Assembly (NCBI RefSeq): GCF_001194135.2
Contig: NC_068984.1
Span: forward strand, 28,733,793 to 28,797,792
Source: Octopus bimaculoides
Lineage: Eukaryota
Direction of reading: 5' to 3'
Length of the DNA stretch: 64,000 bases
Shown: positions 1 through 12,879 of the stretch, piece after piece
How the letters are laid out: the number at the start of each line of letters is the position of its first letter
Numbering within the stretch: the stretch's first letter is position 1
Position numbers and translations under genes: made by a program
The notes under the pieces: generated by a model
What the model saw: only the letters and a program-made list of their open reading frames with translations
Databases searched by the model: none
What the model was told of the DNA's origin: nothing

Positions 1-151
1 CCTTCAGTTTCTGTCTACCAAATCCACTCACAAGGCTTTGGTCGGCCCGAGGCTATAGTAGAAGATACTTGCCCAAGATGCTACGCAGTGGGACTGAACC
101 CAGAACCATGTGGTTGGTAAGCAAGCTACTTACTACACAGCCACTCCTATG

Positions 152-154
<3 letters not shown>
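1..154 (-). mobile_element. tRNA-derived SINE family A, 5' part (cut by window edge)
   Basis: Reverse complement reads ggcataggagtggctgtgtagtaag...ggttctgggttcagtcccactgcgtagcatcttgggcaagt, with A-box-like and B-box-like motifs and a CORE-like ttgggcaagt. Homologous to copies at 13.1, 16.5, 23.3, 27.1 and 27.7 kb. Confidence 0.85.
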
Positions 155-187
<33 letters not shown>

Positions 188-2999
188 ATATAATCACACA
201 ATTTGATGATTAAATTAACTTGTGATGTCCCACATTTCATTTCTTTGCTTTCACACCAGCACGTAACAAGATGCTTTCTACAAGCACTTGATTACAGTTT
301 ACAAGCTCATTTATCGTATTCTCTTCTCTGAGTTGCATAAAAACATTTTTTTAAAAATAATTTCCATAACTAAAGTTTATATTCTACCTATTCTTTGCAG
401 TGCATCTTCACATATTTTTGTTGGTAAGCTGATAATAATACAAATGTATAACTTCCAGTTTAATTGAAATTGCAAGATTTCACAAAAACATTTTATAGCA
501 TTTAAGACTTACTGACTATACATCAAGATAAAATCAGTTCCATGTTGCCATATTGCAAAAAATTAAGAATATATATAACTTAATCTGCTGCATTCACTTC
601 ATTTCCAGAAGTCCCTCTAGTGGTCAACTTGAGACCAAAATTTAGAAAATTAGTCTTTACTTTACTATTGGATCAAGACTCTGTTGTTTATGAAATGCAA
701 CTGACAGTTGGTACACAGCAGTCAATCCTATGCTAAGCATGTCATGCACAAGGATTCCAAACCAATTGGTATTGTTAGGTACAGTTCATCTGGCAAGCTT
801 CTACTCAATTTTTCTCCCCAGTTTCACTCACAAGGCATGAATCAACTTAATGTTATGATAAAACACACTTTTCCAAAATGCAAAGCTGTGAGATCAAACC
901 TAGCTCCTTGTAACTATGAATCAATCTTCTTAACTACTTGGCTGTGCCTGTGTACAATGCTAAGCATACAACACTATGGAATTAAACTTCACTAATTAAT
1001 AGAGGACTATAATGGAAACTCTAAAAAATTAAAAAAATTAAAAATTAAAGCGAAACAGTACACACAGAGATTGCAGCAAATGCATTAACTTAGCATTAAC
1101 AGAAATTAAAATGATTAACAATATTTGTCTCTTAAAATGAGTTTAACTGCCCTTCAATTTATAATTTTATCCATATCATTCTTTTCATAAATTATTTGAA
1201 TTTTCTATGTTCTTTTCAGTAAAGAAATAAATTGTTGTCTAATTGGATTTAAAAAATTGCAAGAATTATCATAGTGGCATACTGTTATTGCTATTTTAGC
1301 TGAAGTTACCACAAACTTGATATTCAGAAGTATGTTTATTTTCTACGAAGTAACATACATCTTCTCTACAGCACTAGGTAAATGAATCTTTCAAATTTGA
1401 GCAACAATATCAACTTTACTACTTGTCTGTAAGTGTTATATCACTGCTCTAGTGGTGAATTGATTGAATTCTTTGCTACTTGTTTCATATGTGTTGTGTG
1501 TATTATAAAAATATTTATCTGACTAAGCAAAGACATAAATTTCACTTCATAACCTCATGGTTCTTGGTTTGATCCAAATGTGTAGAATCTTTGGTAAAAG
1601 TTTTGATTACCATAATAGTGCTTCAGTATGGCCACATTCATAATACTGTAAACAGTAAAAGAAAAAAATATCTGACATACTTTGATTTTACAGATTTAGA
1701 ACCAAGTTACCAAAGCGATTTGGCCTTTGAGAATTCATCATAAAAATAAGCTAGCATAAAGAACTTCTCATTTATGAAGGCTTGCCGGGAACCTTTGAGT
1801 TATAATGCTGAATAGAAGCGAACATGCAGTTGAAATAAGCTATTATCTACGTATGATTAGTTCAGTTATGTCCGTAGTTATTAAGAGTGATGAAATTGAG
1901 CAACAGGCATAATGATGATGGTGAGGAAGAATGGAAGATGAATAATGTTAATAATAACAGCAAGACAAAGAACAACAAAAATAAGAGAAAAGAGCTAACG
2001 AAGTTGATGATGAAGACAAGATATTGATGAAGAAGAAAAGTCAAGAAGAAACTATTATCAATTGGCTAGTAATCCATTCAGTAGCATGCAACACTGACAT
2101 AAAATGCTCGGGGCTATTACAGCATGCTGTGTAATGAAGAATACAGTTTAATTTAAATTTGAAATGTCCACTTTACAAAGATAACAAAGATGTCGGCTGG
2201 AGGAAGTACATCTCATACATCTAAATATCAAAACATTTCTAGATAACATTAATGCCAGAGGATAGTAGAAAGGTTGTACTGTCATAAGCCATTGAAATAT
2301 TTATTATTAAAGCCAAGGCTACATGGCCAGAATCACCTATATCAGGATTATCCTTACATATAACTGTACACTCTATTCTATGCCTGTACTTCGAGCACAC
2401 AAGAGCACTAGATGTGTATGTGCATATATATACATATATATATAATAAGTATGCGTGTGCAATTATTTAAATTTGAGTGCATAATTGGGTGGGTGTGTAT
2501 ATTATATTATATAATATGTATTATTAAAAAAAAAAAAATTAAATCAGAAATTGATCAAAATGTAAAATCTTTATATGTTCAGATATAATTTGTCCAGCTA
2601 CTAGAAGGTATTTAAGCATAAGATCTTTATGGGATCTTAAAGAAAATTACCATAAATATTCAATCCTGAAATCTAAGGAGGAAAAATGTTGTCTAAGATT
2701 AATGCTTTCCAGAAGCAAATACAGCCAATTTCCCGACAGGTATAGCATAATGGAAGGTCATCAGGTTCTCTTTTAGTGGATAGTTTAACATATGTTCTTG
2801 ACGTTGTCAATGAAATCAACTGAATAGATGAACACTTGCAATATGTATATTTTAACTTAAGCATTATGGGAATAAAATACTGATTTTCAGCCTAAGTATA
2901 CACATATGCACACAATTAAATGAGTGTATGCATATACATAAATAAATACAGGTTTAAATGACAAAAAAAGAAATAAAGTGTATTTGATGAAGCAAATGC

Positions 3000-4700
3000 T
3001 TGAGAAAAGTGGAGAAAAGGTGTATGCTTTAGAGTGAAGAAGTAAAGTGAAATGTATATATAGAAATGGAAAGATAGATAGAAAAGATAGACAAATAAAT
3101 ATTACTTGTAAATAAAAAAATACAGCTTCAAATAAGTGTTTAAATAAATGAAGGAAGCAAAAACACATCACAAGTGAATTGAGAAAATAGAAAGAGAATG
3201 TGTTTAAACAAGATTTTAAACACATTGATGGTAATGATAGCAAGATTGGTTAGTAATTTGCATATTTCCAGAGAACTGAGCCAAGAAACTTAAAAGGAAT
3301 AAAAGAACTTCAATAAAGAGATTGTCTGAAAGTATTTCAAAGCATCTTTTTAGATGTGGTTCCCATGTTAGAATCCTTTTACTCAAATAGATTGGTTCTT
3401 TTATTTATCAAATTCAATTCCATTTTTATCTTTCAATTAAACATCACTGCTTTGCATGTTTACACACATACACATGCTATCTTGTTGATATCTAAATATC
3501 AATGACATAGTTTTGTTTTTGTGTATGAAAGTGAGTCTTTCTGCCAACCACATGACCACCAACTTGTGACCAGATTTTATCAATGACCAGCTTTTGTTTT
3601 TATTAGGAAACAAGACAGGAGAACAGTTATAAATGCTAACTCTTCTGCCAACAAAAAATGTACCAGCCAATGTCAAATTAGTATTTAGTGACTTTGGAAT
3701 AAGGGTTTGATGAACTCAGAGACAAAAGAGAATTTGGAGAAGTAAGCTATGAAAGAGCTTTTGATTGGCTTAAATTCAGAGAAATGCTGCTTGGTACTTA
3801 TTACAGAAAAACTGAACATAAAAGAAGACTGGAATTTTCTACAAAGAAACTTGCTAAGAACTACAGATCACGTTTGTGGCTAGTGCAAGGTCCCAATTGT
3901 GTTTGCACAATGAAAATATCACATGTGCTCTTATTAATGCCAAAAAGACAGCGACATGGAAGTGCTGTTATGAGAGGTTATTAAGTAGAGAGAGAGAGAG
4001 AGCTGAAGTAGACCCAACAAAGGGATCAACCATCCAACTTGACAGCAACATGGTGGATACAATTAAGATAGGAAAGCAGGGAAAGCAGCTGGCCCTTTGG
4101 GGATAGTTGTTACTGACTAAGTGGTTAAGTGAGTCAGTACAAAAAATGTGAGTGAACAAGTTGAAGAATATAATGAAATTGAGATAAATTTCAGATTCTC
4201 TATAGCAGTAAGGAAAAAAATTAGAAAACATTCAGAAAATATCAAGAAAACAGATAAAACATAAAGATACAAAAGTTTAAATAAGATGAAAACTAAATGA
4301 ATAAATGAAAACAAATTGAACATTCAAATGAAAAATATAAGAATAAGACAATGGTCTTTGTTGATAATAAAGGAACTGAAGAGTTGAGAAGGTTAATTAG
4401 AATTTAAAAAATGTGACAAGCAAGCTAGGAATAAATGAATGGTTATGTTACATGCTGAGAATAAATTAAACCAGTGATAAACTCTAATGATATCAGTGAA
4501 TGACTAGAAAGAAATTTTAAAGGGGAAAGATGATTAAAGTTATGAACTTGTTGCAAGTGGTAAATGTGATGATGAATGTAGAGGTGTTGATAAAACAAAG
4601 TGAAAAAAAAAAATTTTTAAGAATCAAATAAGAAATAGCCATTGACTCTTATAGCTGGAAAATGAAGCAGTTGAGATAATGAAATCTGGATTTAAGAATA
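3000..4700 (+). mobile_element. Highly degraded RTE-clade LINE remnants (endonuclease-to-RT linker)
   Basis: ORF 3876-4106 contains WKCCYERLL...VDPTKGSTIQLDSNMVD.IK.GK, resembling the RTE region just before the RT domain. Flanks are A-rich, stop-riddled and only weakly RTE-like. Confidence 0.55.
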
Positions 4701-7700
4701 GCAACTTAAGCTTTTGAAGACATGTGGCTCATAAATACACTATTTAAGGCTTATTTAATTTGCCATTTCAAACAGCATCACATGCATCAGCAAAAGAAAT
4801 CTTCCCATGGCTGTTTAGTCTGATATGAACAACAGCTAAATTTCCTTCAAATCATATGCACATTTACTGCACAACACACATTCATATATAATGCACAACT
4901 TAAATTACAGGTGATAAAAATCTCAGAAAGAATATCTCTCATACACATCAACTTTTCCTGAGTATGATAATGTACAGGAAACGGAGTGGTTAGTCACATT
5001 TGTTATAATTGCTGTATAAAATACATAGAAAAAGAAATAATTCATACATTCTAAACAAAATAAAAAAGCAATATTAAAAGTATCCTTTGAACTGTGCTGG
5101 TGTGTCTCTTAAAAAGTGCACTAGCTGTAAGGTCAACAATGTAAAAATCATACAGTTATGAATTTCATTTAGAAAATCAATCTGATTTTGAGAACGATAG
5201 TTGACTTAAATAAGATCATACTAAAATTTACTATTCAATTCATATAGTGAGGCACAAATTGTGTTGTCACAGAACAAAGTGTTTATTGTTTAGATGTAAA
5301 CTTTCTAAAACCAAACTTTTTTAAAGTTACATTCTTTTTAAAATTGATCTTCAGATTTTTATGCTTCAAACATCAGACATTCAGAATCTAACAAATAGAG
5401 TGTGTTTGATTTTGTATGAAATATATATTGTTTGATATAATTTCATAATCATTTAATATGCAAGAGGAGATGCCGATGACATGGATTTGTTTGCAGCAAA
5501 TCAGAACTTGCCAAAGAGTAACCCCAGACAATGGTTTTAGGACCTTCTTCAGAGGCATGTGTAGAATAAGAGAGGCAGAGTCAGGTGGTGAAATTGCACT
5601 AGACTGTGGATGACTCAGTTGTGGTCTTGAGTTGCACCTTCTTAGCCAGTTTTGTCTTGCCTTGTCATCATCCACTAGATGGAATGTCATTGACATCAAC
5701 TCTTGTTGTCTTCTGCATCAGTTTACCCCTTTACTGGGGTCTTGAAAGGGATTGCTAATTTTCATTCTGGGTTCTCTTTTTGATTTTACCATCAAGGAAG
5801 TCCTATCATGAATACTAGACTCTTTATTACATTTTTCTTCCCTATGACAGGGAATGATCATCACTGAGCACTTAATATACAATTAATATCCAGTTTAATA
5901 TGCAATCTACATAAGAGATATTTTCTTTTGCTTTATTAGATGATATATTATATGTACGTTAAATGAAACAACCTAGTGCCACATTTTTAACAAATTTCTT
6001 TTCTTTGAATATATGGCATATTGTCATTGACATAGCTAATTAGAAGGAAGTCTATGCTCTCATACACAGTCATCTTACAAGAAAAAATTTCATTTTTTTT
6101 TCTGTCTATGAATCATACATTTTTGTGAATATTTAAGCAGCTATGCATTTAATAGTGATTGTATTCAACTCATAATTGCAATGAAATAATATATTTTTAT
6201 AACAAGAAGAAATCTTTTGTGAATTTTCAAAAATCCTCATACATCATTTCATTTCAATGATATCCTTTCCAGTTTCTTCCAAATTCATACTCATCTAGAA
6301 AACACTGATCTGAAGATCTTCAAGATGGGTATTAAGTTACATGTTTGTCAACAGACCAAAAAGGGTGCAAAACTCATAATCAGGAACACTACCCTGTTCT
6401 TTATTAGATTATTTTATAAAATGCAATATTGAGCATAAATGCCCGCAACAAAATTGGAATGGTGTTTCAGCTGAGAAAATCTTCCAGAGAACTAACGTTT
6501 TTTAGCTATCATTCTACATAAAAAAAAAAATTAAGATTTTGATTCCCTCACCATACTGAAAACTTCACATCCTATGATTCTGGGTTATGGATTTGTGCTT
6601 GTACATGGTTTTCCATTGAACAGACAATTTCAAAGACAACCTATATGCTTAAGCATAGTTTAGACATTAATTTATTTTCGTAACAATACGAACAAAAGAA
6701 CTTATTAATTTTTCTATGCATCTTAAAAAATTGCTCAACTGAATCACAAGGTAGGAGATAATTTGGTTTTGTCCAACTGTCATTATATTCCAGTTATTCT
6801 CAATAGGTAATAAATGAATATAATATTAAACCCTACTCAAGAAGACTGACCCTACTGTCACTGTTTTACAGAAGACATATAATAGAATGGTCCATTTTAT
6901 TATGCATAATGTTTATATATTGTTGTTCAATAAAATGCAAGTTTTTCCATAGCATAGTATATCTCTTACTCTTTAATTACAGTGAAAGCATACACTTTAT
7001 CTCCATATCCATTATCCATCAGGTTTATCACGTTCCAAACTATTACAATTTAGTCATATTCCGCTACAATGTCTCTTCTATGTTTGCCCAACAGACATCT
7101 TGTTGATACTTTGATAAACTAACTACCAATTCCTATTGATATATTTCCTGACTAAAATGAGTCAATCAAACGGAAGGCTCTTGTAATGATCAGGTTTGTA
7201 TTTCTGAAAATCTATCCAAAAATCAACATTCATAATGTAGACAGTCCGACTAAATTGTTGATTACATATAGGCTGACCAAAACTTTAATAAATGCAGTCT
7301 TTATCAATTTAGTAATGTGAGATTTAAAAATACAAAAATACAACCAAATAAAAGTAATTCTTCATAAACTTGCTTTTCTTTCATCAACTCAAATACTTTC
7401 AGAACTACTAAATATTACTAACAACAGATAAACACCATGTCATTCTGTATGCTCAGAAGGTTCAACATCATTCTTCAGTGAGGATTGGCTAATTTTCTAA
7501 GATAATTTGAAAGTACGTGTTTTGATATGAATAATGTGTCTATAATATGAGATCTTTTCTTGATCTGAATCCTAAGAGCTGTGATTTATGAGCTTTCTGT
7601 TGTTCATGATTAGTGTTTTTTTTTTCTGACAAGTTAAGCTATGTCACAGTCAAATATTTTGCATGACACTCTGAGACAATTGAGGTAAAGTTTATTCTGG

Positions 7701-7769
7701 AGAGACAATACAAACCATAAACTTGTAAACTAAGAATGAAAGTATTCACATTCCTTAACATACATACAC

Positions 7770-8260
7770 ATAGTTAATACATGCCATCTATCATTACAAA
7801 GTTCAATTGGAACACACAATGGAGTAGTGTTCCTACATCTGAGATGGTACTACTGCAGCACTAACAGATATCCTAGATTCACTTAACTGATTAGCATAAG
7901 ATCACATACAGTCATACTCCAGCCTCTGGTTCACAGATATTCTTCAGACTTTACCCTGAAAACATGCTCCAATCATAGGCTCATAGGTTTACTGTCTCCT
8001 CCTTTTTCCTTTCCCACAGCAAGCAATATTACCTTGTATTGCTTGGAGCTGGATGGTTTCAGGTTATCTTCATATAGGCACTCCAAGTATAGTCTCGTCT
8101 CTTCTTATTACCCATGCTGTATTCAACCCCTCTATGCCCCACACTAACCACTATGCCAAGTCCTTTTCTCTACAGAATATTAACCCTCTGGAATCTCCTC
8201 ACAGCTCATATCTTTTCTACAGGTATCAACTTGCCACAGTTCAAGTGGAACATTAATGGC
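7770..8260 (+). mobile_element. CR1/Jockey-like LINE, 3' end of ORF2 (pseudogenised)
   Basis: Translates as IYHYKVQLEHTME*CSYI*DG...ILDSL and, after frameshifts, HYAKSF / RILTLWNLL.AHIF..INLPQFK.NIN. These match the C-terminal motifs LYKAQxRPxMEYCSHIW and LWNxLP...FK of CR1-like RT proteins. Confidence 0.75.
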
Positions 8261-8806
8261 ATCAATCTCCTCTGTTTTGGTAGGTTTGCAAAGCCCGTGG
8301 GCACTGCCCCTTTCTCAAAACCCAGTATGTGAACAACAAGAAAATAAAAGGAAGCAATAAGTTTAAAGTAAATGATTATGTCCAAGTAATATATTAATTT
8401 CATTTGTATGGGCATATCTATTTTTAATATGGATGCTTTATGTAAAACATCTGGCATTTTAAAGAGGAATAAAACTAATATTTATTAGTAAATTAAAAAA
8501 AAAAAATGAAATTTCAATTTGCAATTGTTTTAAAATTTAAAACAAATTTCCTCAGGTTAACTTATTTTGATTAAAAAAAAGTTTTTAATAAAATATTTTT
8601 ATTTGCAGCTTACCTGAGGAAATTTGGTATATTAATATGATGAAGTGAAAGCAATGACAATGAAAATTATTGAAATGTAATTAGAATTTTTAGCAGATGA
8701 GAGAAAAAACACACGTTCCAATTACTGATGAAGGAAAAGGACTTCAGCATTAAACTGAAACAAAATAATAATGATCAAATTTTGTCTTAGAATTTATAGA
8801 ACTCAC

Positions 8807-8919
8807 CTTATGAGTGTTCAAAAATTCTACTGAACATGGTAAAATTGCCTTTCGCCCAGCAACTACTGTAACATTTCGGGCAGGAACAATAAAACTTGGT
8901 TCTCTTGGATTTTCTCCGG
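8807..8919 (-). CDS. Internal coding exon: N-terminal half of a V-type Ig domain, DIP/Dpr/IgLON (lachesin-like) cell-adhesion protein
   Basis: The minus strand reads ttttttctttgtgtttatag|CC GGA GAA ... CAT AAG|gtgagt, a strong acceptor and a consensus donor. The exon is 113 nt, phase 1 to phase 0, and encodes (A)GENPREPSFIVPARNVTVVAGRKAILPCSVEFLNTHK. P-x-F...NVTV-x-x-GR-x-A-x-LPCSV-x-x-L-x-x-x-K matches the first Ig domain of DIP/Dpr/IgLON proteins up to just before the conserved V-x-W. Exact orthologue not determined. Confidence 0.9.
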
Positions 8920-10449
8920 CTATAAACACAAAGAAAAAAAAGATTTGTAAGAAGAGACTCATCATTAATTGATTAACTGTAATAATTAATTATATCTATG
9001 CAGAAATGTCTGTGTAGCATCATCATCATTATTTAACATTTGCTTTCCATGTTGCTATAGGTTGGATGGTTGGACAGGAGCTGGCCAGCTTGGGACCTGC
9101 TCAGGTCCCAATTGACTATTGTGTGTTGCTAATGGAGGCAAGCACATGTAACTGAGTTGACATAGTATTAATTATTCTGCTGAAAAGTCAACGGTTTTGT
9201 GTTTTGCCAACAGTGTTCAGTGGTGACAAAACATGAAATACTTACCTCTAAACAAACTTGGCCATTGTAAATAGATACTAAAACTTTATAATGATCAGCA
9301 ACAGGTGTAATTGATTAAGATACCTCTAGGGCACAATTGCTTAAAATTTAGTGTTCACACCAAGAATAGTAATGTTCTCTAATTGCTTCATACCAAGAGA
9401 TGAGTTGAATGATACTTCCATGTGTTTACTTGATCTGCTAAAAATAGCAGTTAATCTCCTTCAAATCATATCTACTAGTATAAAAGTAAGAGTCAAGCTT
9501 ATTGTAGATATTGCATTAGATACACTATATCTTAAAAGGGATGAAATGGAGTTTATCTGAAATGCAATCTGCTCAGTCAGAACTGCACTGAGTTAAACAG
9601 CAGCCTGCAATTTCAACAGCATCATGATTTTATTTTGCCTGCAGGAAGGAGCAGTGACTGTTCCCTTTGCAGGTCCTTTTAGTCCAGTAAGATTTATGTC
9701 ATTGAACTATTATAAACAGGGAAGGAATTTCAGAGAGTCAATTTTCAGGGGAGGAAGGACTGGGCTTTATGATTAGTGCAAGCTGAGGTTTGAGCCAGAA
9801 CAAGAAAGAAGTGAGTAAGAGAAAGGAGTGGATATTGAATGCTGTAATGTAGATAACATTAGAGTAAAAAGTAATAGATGTAAACCAATAGATATAAAGT
9901 CAATTATGGCAATGGTGAATGAATGATAAAATGCATATATATATATTTATATGTATGTGCATCCATGTGTATATGGATGTCATACAGATGTGCGTGCGAT
10001 AAATTTGGAATAATGCTTAATAATTAGCTCTCATTTAGATGCCAAAATATTCTGACAAGTATAACTTTTAATAACATTTACATATAATTACCAGAAAGAA
10101 ATTAAAAGAAATTTTTACATAATAACAAATACATGCATATAATATTTATAGAAAAAATATTCAGGAAAACAATGAATTGGTCATCAATTAGAAATACAGC
10201 TATAGATAATCTGCAATTGTTCTTGTTTCCATTAAGTTGATAGTTTTCATTAATTTGTACTGATAATCAGCCTAAAATATGACATAAATATATCAGGATA
10301 AATTTCAATACTTTCTATGCCTCATTGATGCAATTATTTCATTAATTTTTATTATGTTATTCCATGATGCACTTTTCATAATTTTATTATGTTATCAGTC
10401 AAAACCAAACCAAATAGAGTTATTCAGTATGAAGTTTAGTGCATCAATA

Positions 10450-10508
<59 letters not shown>

Positions 10509-10589
10509 CATGCACATAGATACATACATATATATCTATGTGTGCGTGTGAGTATATATCTACAATATGCATATGTTTATATGTACATA

Positions 10590-11740
10590 TCTATTATATG
10601 CATATGACCTCACTCCTATTGTGGAATATGAAGCAGAACTGGAACATAAATTCGAGATATGGAAGTAAAACCTGAAATCAAAGGGCTTGAAAGTTAAATT
10701 AGCAAAGACCAAAAGTTGTTGTTAGCAAGAAAATGAATACAACTCTTTTTCCATCAGGTAAATGGCTTTGCTCAGTATGTAGGGAAAGTGATGGAAGGAA
10801 TTCTATTCATTGCACTTAGTGTAAGCTATGGACATATAAAAGGTGCAGTGGAATCATTGGTAGATGAACAAAGTAGTCTTGTACGTGGCAGATGTCCAAG
10901 AACAATAAATACACAGTACACAGGTATTAGCTTTTTCTCAGAAGTTGTAGGTAGTTTCTGATACCTAGGTGACCAAATTAGCCATGGAGGAGGATGTTCT
11001 GAAAATATTGTTGCTAGAATAAGTATAGAATGGAGAAAGTTCATAGAGTTATTACCTCTACTGGCAACAAAAGGCTTCTCTCTTAGAGTGAAAGGTAGAC
11101 TGTATGATACACAAGTATCAGTTCTGGGAGCACTGTACATTATGTGTTCATCCATCTTACTTTAATTCACCCCTCCACCCAATGGATCAAACTATGATTG
11201 ACTCTCTCCCCAATGTCACCCTTGCCATAACTGACACCAGTTTATCATTACTTTCTTCTGTCTTTCCCCTGTCAACTGTAATATTGCTATCATACCACTC
11301 TCCTATATACACATATTCACTATTTACTGTATTCCACTTTTCCTCCCCTCACTTCCCCTCTCCTTATGCACTCACCCAGTCCAATCCTCCATACCACTCC
11401 ACTTATATTCACCTTGTAACTTGAATGTATGTCCTGGCACATCTTCATTACCATCTTCTCTCTATTATTTGCTTTCTCTCTCTCTCCCCACTTTCTCTCC
11501 AACAGGAGGGTAGCCAAACACCTGTTTCTGTCCTTGTATCATAGCTTAACCTCTCGTCACCTGGTACAGAACCGCCACATGCAATACCATTACCTGTCTC
11601 AGTTGAGGCAGGAATGTCTTACAAGTTACTTGGAGATCCTTTTCTGCTGCTAGTGTCATATAAAAAGCACCTATTACACTCAACAGAGTCGTTGGCATTA
11701 GGAACGGCATCCAAGCATAGAAACCATGCCAATGACGACA
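10590..11740 (+). mobile_element. 5'-truncated RTE-clade LINE (RT C-terminus, pyrimidine-rich segment, 3' tail motif)
   Basis: 10600-11110 translates with stops and frameshifts to KSKGLKV.LAKTK...CSVCR...NSIHCT.CKLWT.KRCSGI...YLGDQIS.GGGCSENIVARI..WRKF.ELLPLLATKGFSLRVKGRLYD. 11620-11735 carries the aaaaagcacc...gttggcattaggaa.ggcatcc tail motif. Confidence 0.85.
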
Positions 11741-11863
11741 AAAGAGCTTGGCACATATATTTACATACAAACACACACACACATATATACATATATGTAT
11801 ATTTGATGAATAAGCAAAAGCAGAAAAATCACAATTGGGGAATTTTTCAGGTGTGTTTTCCTT

Positions 11864-12107
11864 TCGTTGCTCACCTATTCTTCTACTTCCTCCCTTTGTT
11901 TCTCCCTCTACCACTCTCTCTCTCTTCCCCTCGTTCTTCCTCTTTACTACTACGTATCTCGCTTTACCCCTCTCGTTCTTCCTGTGTTACTACTACGTAT
12001 CTCTTTTTTCCCCCTCGTACTTCCTCTCTTTCTCTTTTCCTCTCGTTGCTCACCTATTCTTCTACTTCCTCCCTTTGTTTCTCCCTCTGCCACTCTCTCT
12101 CTTCCCC
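11864..12107. repeat. Pyrimidine-rich higher-order minisatellite running into the gap
   Basis: tcgttgctcacctattcttctacttcctccctttgtttctccctct... occurs at 11864-11930 and again at 12043-12107 (period 179). Between them are ~41-bp subunits tcgttcttcct...ttactactacgtatctc. Confidence 0.9.
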
Positions 12108-12848
12108 NNNNNNNNNNNNNNNNNNNNNNNNNNNNNNNNNNNNNNNNNNNNNNNNNNNNNNNNNNNNNNNNNNNNNNNNNNNNNNNNNNNNNNNNNNNNN
12201 NNNNNNNNNNNNNNNNNNNNNNNNNNNNNNNNNNNNNNNNNNNNNNNNNNNNNNNNNNNNNNNNNNNNNNNNNNNNNNNNNNNNNNNNNNNNNNNNNNNN
12301 NNNNNNNNNNNNNNNNNNNNNNNNNNNNNNNNNNNNNNNNNNNNNNNNNNNNNNNNNNNNNNNNNNNNNNNNNNNNNNNNNNNNNNNNNNNNNNNNNNNN
12401 NNNNNNNNNNNNNNNNNNNNNNNNNNNNNNNNNNNNNNNNNNNNNNNNNNNNNNNNNNNNNNNNNNNNNNNNNNNNNNNNNNNNNNNNNNNNNNNNNNNN
12501 NNNNNNNNNNNNNNNNNNNNNNNNNNNNNNNNNNNNNNNNNNNNNNNNNNNNNNNNNNNNNNNNNNNNNNNNNNNNNNNNNNNNNNNNNNNNNNNNNNNN
12601 NNNNNNNNNNNNNNNNNNNNNNNNNNNNNNNNNNNNNNNNNNNNNNNNNNNNNNNNNNNNNNNNNNNNNNNNNNNNNNNNNNNNNNNNNNNNNNNNNNNN
12701 NNNNNNNNNNNNNNNNNNNNNNNNNNNNNNNNNNNNNNNNNNNNNNNNNNNNNNNNNNNNNNNNNNNNNNNNNNNNNNNNNNNNNNNNNNNNNNNNNNNN
12801 NNNNNNNNNNNNNNNNNNNNNNNNNNNNNNNNNNNNNNNNNNNNNNNN
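12108..12848. other. Assembly gap (741 N)
   Basis: Run of n from 12108 to 12848, flanked by a minisatellite on the left and (AT)n on the right. Confidence 1.
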
Positions 12849-12879
12849 ATATATATATATATATATATATACATGTGTG

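Noticed and set aside
1-154. tRNA-like heads of the SINEs as tRNA genes
   Set aside because: They continue into SINE body sequence, are diverged between copies, and lack a cloverleaf acceptor stem.
5470-5520. GDADDMDLFA, resembling the RT YADD box
   Set aside because: An isolated motif without recognisable flanking RT blocks. It may be an ancient LINE but cannot be supported.
8614-8754. 141-nt pseudo-exon with acceptor attattattttgtttcag and the 8613 donor
   Set aside because: It would need a 52-nt intron after the Ig exon and has a stop at codon 11. Kept only as context for the hairpin finding.
9246-9277. Minus-strand strong donor GAG|gtaagt with a phase-1-compatible 32-nt segment (IYLQWPSLFR)
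   Set aside because: The acceptor is weak, an in-frame stop lies just upstream, there is no ATG, and it is not signal-peptide-like.
9645-9686. Plus-strand 42-nt pseudo-exon (EGAVTVPFAGPFSP) with good splice signals
   Set aside because: It is antisense to the only supported gene, with no partner exons and no recognisable protein similarity.
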